DNA of 64,000 nucleotides from Pristiophorus japonicus (Eukaryota): the NCBI RefSeq assembly GCF_044704955.1, contig NC_091980.1, positions 129,518,001 through 129,582,000 on the forward strand, given 5' to 3'. Made by a program: the position numbers and the translations under genes. This document shows positions 56,074 through 64,000 of the stretch, piece by piece. The notes beneath the pieces were generated by a model that saw only the letters and a list, made by a program, of their open reading frames with translations, made no database searches and was not told the origin of the DNA. Every line of letters starts with the position of its first letter. Position 1 is the first letter of the stretch.

Positions 56074-57849
56074 ACACTTGCTTTTTATTCCAGATTATAA
56101 TTTAATTAACTGAATTTAAATTCCCCAGCTGCCATGGTGGGACTTTGGATTATTAGTTCAGGCCTCTGGATTACTCGTCCAGTAACATTACCATTATGTT
56201 ACCGTATTCTATGCATCTCTCAATGGCACTTTTGGTGTATCGATGTCACCACAATTCATATGTTGATGATTCACAATTCTACAGTTCAGGTTGGGTTTGT
56301 GTGCTGATTGGTTTGACGGCTTCATGTTGCAGACAAAACAAATTCTTCAGCTCACTTGATGTGAAAAACTTTACAGGTGCCCATGTTTTAAGAATTACAT
56401 AGAATTTACAGCATAGAAAAAGGCCATTCAGCCTGGCAAATTGCAGTGGTGAGCGGTCCTTCTCTAACCTAAAACGCATCTCGGATGAGGTGAGGAAACG
56501 AATGGGACAAGATCGATTTAATAGTCTTTCAATCATAAGCATGGAGAGTGAAATACTGAGAGGAGTTGACTTCACACACTGAGCCTCCTCCCAACCTCAT
56601 TTAACCCTATCAGCATATTCTTCCAATCCTTCCTCCCTCATGTGTTTATCCAGCTTCCCCTTAAACACAGCTATGCTTTTTGCCTCAACTACTCCTTTCG
56701 ATAGCAAGTTAAACATTCTAAACACTCTCTGAGTAAAGAAGTTTCTCTTGAAGTTTCTCTTAGATTACTAATTCTAACTTTCTATATAATTCTATGGAGA
56801 TCAGAACTGTGCACAATACTCCAAGTGTTGTCTGGCCAAGGTTCTATATAAATTTAACATGCTGCACAGGGATATGGTTCAGCTGCACGTGTTCCTCGCT
56901 CTGAGCTCAGAACTGAGCTAATGGTTAACCCTCATCTGTGCCTTTTTATCTCTAGAATTGACTATTTCAATGCTTTCCTGCTAGCCTTAGATGCACACCT
57001 AGTCCCATTCACCTATAACCCCTGTGATTGTGGACCATCATTGGCTCCCGGTCTGATAGTACCTCAAATTCAAAATGTTTATCTTTGTATTTAAATTATA
57101 CAATGGCCCCTCTCTCACCTCTTTTCCCAGCACATTGATAAAATCGGTGATGTTACCTGCTCTCACAATCAACTGGAAAATTTAATTCACTATGTTTCCA
57201 ATTTCCACCGTTCACTCACCTTCACATGGTCCATCTCTGTCCCTTCCCTTTCCTTTCTCGACTTCTCTGTCTCTATTCCTAGACATAGTCTATTGATAAA
57301 TATCCAATGAGTTATTTGGATGTTGCTTCAAACCCGCAGATACCTGCAAATGACCAACACACTGAACAATCCAGAGCTATTAAGAATACACTGACTCGCA
57401 AACAACAGAGGATTCAATTAATCTTTCAAGGTGGACATTAACTGCTCCAGTCAGAGCACGGACGATGGGGTGTTCTCTCTGTCTGCCTGCCTTTCTTCTG
57501 CGGCTATGTCCGTGCATGGGTATCCCTGGAGAGGGAGCACACGGTGTCTGCCGGTATGCTTGAGGCTTTCCATGACCACTGGGCACCAGCGGGACTGGAG
57601 TGAAGCGTGGATACAGGGAACTGAATTATAATTTGAAAAGTTTGTAATGTTAGTTTTGTCATAATGTTGACCTTACAGTTGATTCCCACTTATAAAGTGG
57701 GCACTTACGGTTTAAGTGTTTCCGATCGCTGATTTAATCATCCCAATTAATTAGCCCAAAGAGAAGAGGATTAATTTAAACCTGTGATTCTGGATATTTG
57801 AACTGTGTTGGAGGAAAGTTAGGACAATTGAGATCCTCATTGAGTTGTC

Positions 57850-58020
57850 AGCCAATGATGCTTATTCTTCAAAGATCTGACTGGCTCTGGGAGTCCATCT
57901 CCCCTCCTCCCTTTAGTTGATTGGTGCTCTGAGAGGCTGCAACTTTTGATTGGATATTGAACACTGTCACTCATCATCTAGACTGCCACACCCTGGATTA
58001 TCCCTCAGTATTAATGCAGG
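57850..58020 (+). promoter_or_regulatory. Ferritin F proximal promoter (CCAAT boxes, TATTAA)
   Basis: Homologous to 10770-10945. Confidence 0.65.
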
Positions 58021-58096
58021 AGTTTGATATTTGGTTAAATGTTATTTTTGTACTTCGACAAAGTTTATACTTCAGAAGAAAAAACACATGACTAAC

Positions 58097-60736
<2,640 letters not shown>

Positions 60737-63700
60737 AGCTTGTGATTAAATAATTGAGATTCTCTTCTACTTTTGGCTTTGTACAGGCTGAGACCTGGTC
60801 TCTTGATGTGAAATGTAATTAACTGTAAATAAACAGTCCAATATTGGATTGGTTTTGTCTCCTTGCAAGTTTGATTGGTTGCTTATATTCTATTTGCCAT
60901 AACTTGGTTACAGCCCCAGTATTGTACTAGGCTATGCAATAGTGTTGCCCTGAGATTCAATCATAGAATGGTAACAGCACAGGAGGCCATTCAGCCTGTT
61001 GAGCCCATGCCAGCTCTCAGCAAGAGCACTTCAGCTAGTCCCACTTCCCTGTAGCCCTACAATTTTTTTTTCCTTCTGGTGCTTGTCCAATTCCGTGATT
61101 GAATCTACCTCTGCAACCCTCTTGGGCAGTGCAATCCAGATACTAACCACTCACTGCTTTAAAAGTTTTTCCTCAAGTCAGCTGTAATTCTTCTGCCACT
61201 TGCCTTAAATCTCTGCTGGTTGTTGACCCTTCTGTGGGTGGGAACAGTCCTATAATTTTTCTTTTGAGGTGGTAATTTCAATATATTGGCATCTATATTC
61301 ATAGAAACATAAATAGGAGCAGTAGTAGGCCATTCGCCCCTTGAAGCCTGCACTGCCATTCAATACAATCACAACTGATTCTTTAACACAACACCATATT
61401 CCTGCTTTTACCCCATAATCCTTCATGCCTTTTGTATCAAGATAGCTATCTCCTTAAATATATTGAGTGACTTGGACTCCACTGCCTTCTGCGGTGAAGA
61501 GTTATCCATCTCTCTGCTAAATTTCTTACCCCTTATCCTGAGCCTATGCCCCTTTTTTATTCTAGACTTCACAGCCAGGGGAAACATCCTCCCGATCCAA
61601 CCCAGTCCGAATTGTATGTTTCAATAAGATCCCCTTTTCCTCTTCTAGTGAATACAGGCCTTATCGACCCAATCTCTCGTCCTACGACAATCCTTCCGTC
61701 CCAGGAATCAGTCTGGTGAGCCTTTGCTGTGCTCTCTCTTGGTTAAGGAGACCCGAAACTGCACACAATACTCCAGCTGTGGTTTCACCAAGGCCCTGTA
61801 TAACTGTAATAAGACATCCTTGCTCCTGTACTAGGGGAAAAATTGGAAATATTACATTTTGGTTTCCTCCTCCAAATCTATTTATAGAGGTGATTAGCTG
61901 GGGCCTAAGCATTGATCCCTGTGGTATCTCACTAGTCACTGCCCACCACCCAGGAAAAGACCTGTTTATTCCTACTGTTTCCTATCAATTAACCAATTTT
62001 CAATCCATGCAAGTATATTACCCCCAATTCTATGTGCTTTAATTTTGCACACTAAAGTCTGTGGGACTTTATTAAAGGCCTTCTGAAAATCCAAATAGTT
62101 TACATCCACTAGTTCTCCCTTATCTAATATCAGTTATAGCCTTAAAAAAAAAAAAAAATACTCCAATGCATCCACTATTTCATGGCTGCCACTTTTAGTA
62201 CCCTGGGATGCAGATTATCAGGCCTTGGATTTATCAGCTTTCAGTCCCAATAGTTTCTGCAGCACTATTTTCTTACTAATTTCCTTTAATTCCTCTTGCT
62301 CATTAGACCCTTGATTCCCTAGCATTTGTGGGATGTTATTTGTGTTCTCTTAGACAAAATTGAAGTATTCAATTGTTATGCCATCTCTTTGTTCTCCATT
62401 ATAAATTATCCCAATTCTAACTGTAAAGGACCTACATTTGTCTTCACTAATCTTTTTCTTTTTACGTACTTGGAGAAACTTTTACAATCGTTTTTATGTT
62501 CCTTGCAAGTTTAGTCTCATACTCTATTTTCCCCCTCTGAATCAATCTCTTGGTCCTTTTTTTGCTGAATTCTAAACTGCTCCCAATCCTCAGGCTTGCT
62601 ACTTTTTCTGGCAACATTGTATGACTGTTACACTCATTATAAATGGGGAGACTGAGTACTGTGTGTAAAGAGCGAGTGTGATCTTAGCTCCTTTAAGATT
62701 CCAGAGTGCAGATACCTCATGGGTGGCCTGCTTATATACTGTGCTCCCAAGGGATGCTGGGATGCCTTGGGACTCCAACAGGTGGGTCCTCTGGTGGTCA
62801 GGTGCAATGCAGGTTACAAAGGGTTAAATACATAACGGACAGCTCTTTGGATCTAATACTATCCTTAATTTCTTTTGTAAACCATGGTTGGGTCACTCTT
62901 CCTTTTGTATTTTTGAGTCAGAAAGGAATGTATAATTATTGCTATTCATACATTCGTTCCTTAAATGTTAGCCATTGACTGTCCACCGTCATGCCTTTTA
63001 ATCACACTTCCCAATCTATTATAGCCATTCCTCATATCTTTGTCGTTTCCTTTGTTTAGATTTAGGACCCTAGATTATGATTGGACTACTTCACTTTCCA
63101 TCTTCATGAAAATTCATTCATGTTATCGCCACTCTTCCCTAAAGGACCCCACCCAACAAGACTGTTAATTAACCCCTTCTCATTGCACAGTACCCAATCT
63201 ACGATAGCTATTCAGACATGTTGAAGACCTAATTTCAATTCTACATATACATAATGACTCAAAAGTCTGGTTACTGTAAACGCACTCAGGTGCAACCTGA
63301 TCCATCTTTATTCCAACCCAAGAGTGCCAGCGTGAAAAAGACATCCAGCTTATATTCAGTTGACCAAACACACATGCATACAGCCCGATGGCATCCGACC
63401 GTGGTGTGCTCTGGTGTCTGGTGACCCCCAAGCATTAATACATAAGAGTATATCTTGCAAATTCTATTCATGCATTTCAATCAAGCATTGCAATACTGTA
63501 ATACAACAGCTGAAAATGTTCACGTTTGTTCAGTCACAGAAGGCAGTGGGATGACAGGTAAATTTTAGTGTCTTAAAGGAGGCAGAGAGGTTTACATAAT
63601 AACATGCATAGGCAATCCATAAGATCATGGCTGGTCTGATCTTGGTATCAACACTTTCCTGCATGTTCCCCATAGCCCTTGACTCCCCTATTGTTCAAAA

Positions 63701-63764
63701 ATCTATCTATCTATCTATCTTAAATGTATTCAATGACCCTGCCTCCACACACACACACACATTA

Positions 63765-64000
63765 CTGACAGGGTTCTGCACTGTCTGAGGGGCAATACTG
63801 AGGGATTGCTGCACTGTCTGAGGGGCAGTACTGAGGGATTGCTGCACTGTCTGAGGGCAGTACTGAGGGATTGCTGCAATGTCGGAGCTGCCGTCTTTCA
63901 GATGAGATGCTAGACCATCTGTCTCAAGATGCTATTTCGAAGAAGCGCAGGGGGCGTTCTCTTCGGTATCCTTAACAATATTTATCCCTCAACCAAAACA
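63765..64000 (+). mobile_element. Deu-domain SINE preceded by a ~33-bp tandem repeat (about 3.5 units)
   Basis: Unit gagggattgctgcactgtctgaggggcagtact, then gccgtctttcagatgaga..tatttcgaagaagcgcagggg core; paralog of 16701-17000. Confidence 0.75.

Larger units (their letters stand above)
48833..56205 (-). mobile_element. Paralog of the L2/Crack-like LINE with tRNA-like head; contains RTE-SINE ~50116-50592, RTE 52004-52649 and a CR1 insertion
   Basis: QQPDIVIITESYL..PTRDGGSVVYS endonuclease, DQSWFNEECRQ, AGVPQGSVL; collinear with 4593-9085. Confidence 0.75.

Overview
Eukaryotic (vertebrate) DNA, most likely a cartilaginous fish, inferred from shark-type CR1 LINEs and a Deu-domain SINE. The window holds a tandem array of six same-strand (+) ferritin heavy/middle-type gene copies with four exons and phase-0 introns, labelled A-F here. 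B (11019-13645) and F (58097-60736) are intact. C has an exon-1 stop with a lost splice donor, D has an 11-nt exon-2 deletion, and A and E retain only exons 3-4. The array has a higher-order ~43.9-kb duplication (1-16895 is paralogous to 43938-64000). It is densely invaded by Gypsy LTR elements (one nested in another), solo LTRs, CR1, L2-like, RTE and Tx1 LINE pieces and SINEs. The main observation is that every copy with a 5' UTR carries a recognisable but broken iron-responsive element, suggesting an amplified ferritin family released from IRP translational control. All copies also carry a bulky hydrophobic residue beside the ferroxidase centre, and two have new Cys-containing C-terminal tails. 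No prokaryote-type features are present. All coordinates were read by eye.
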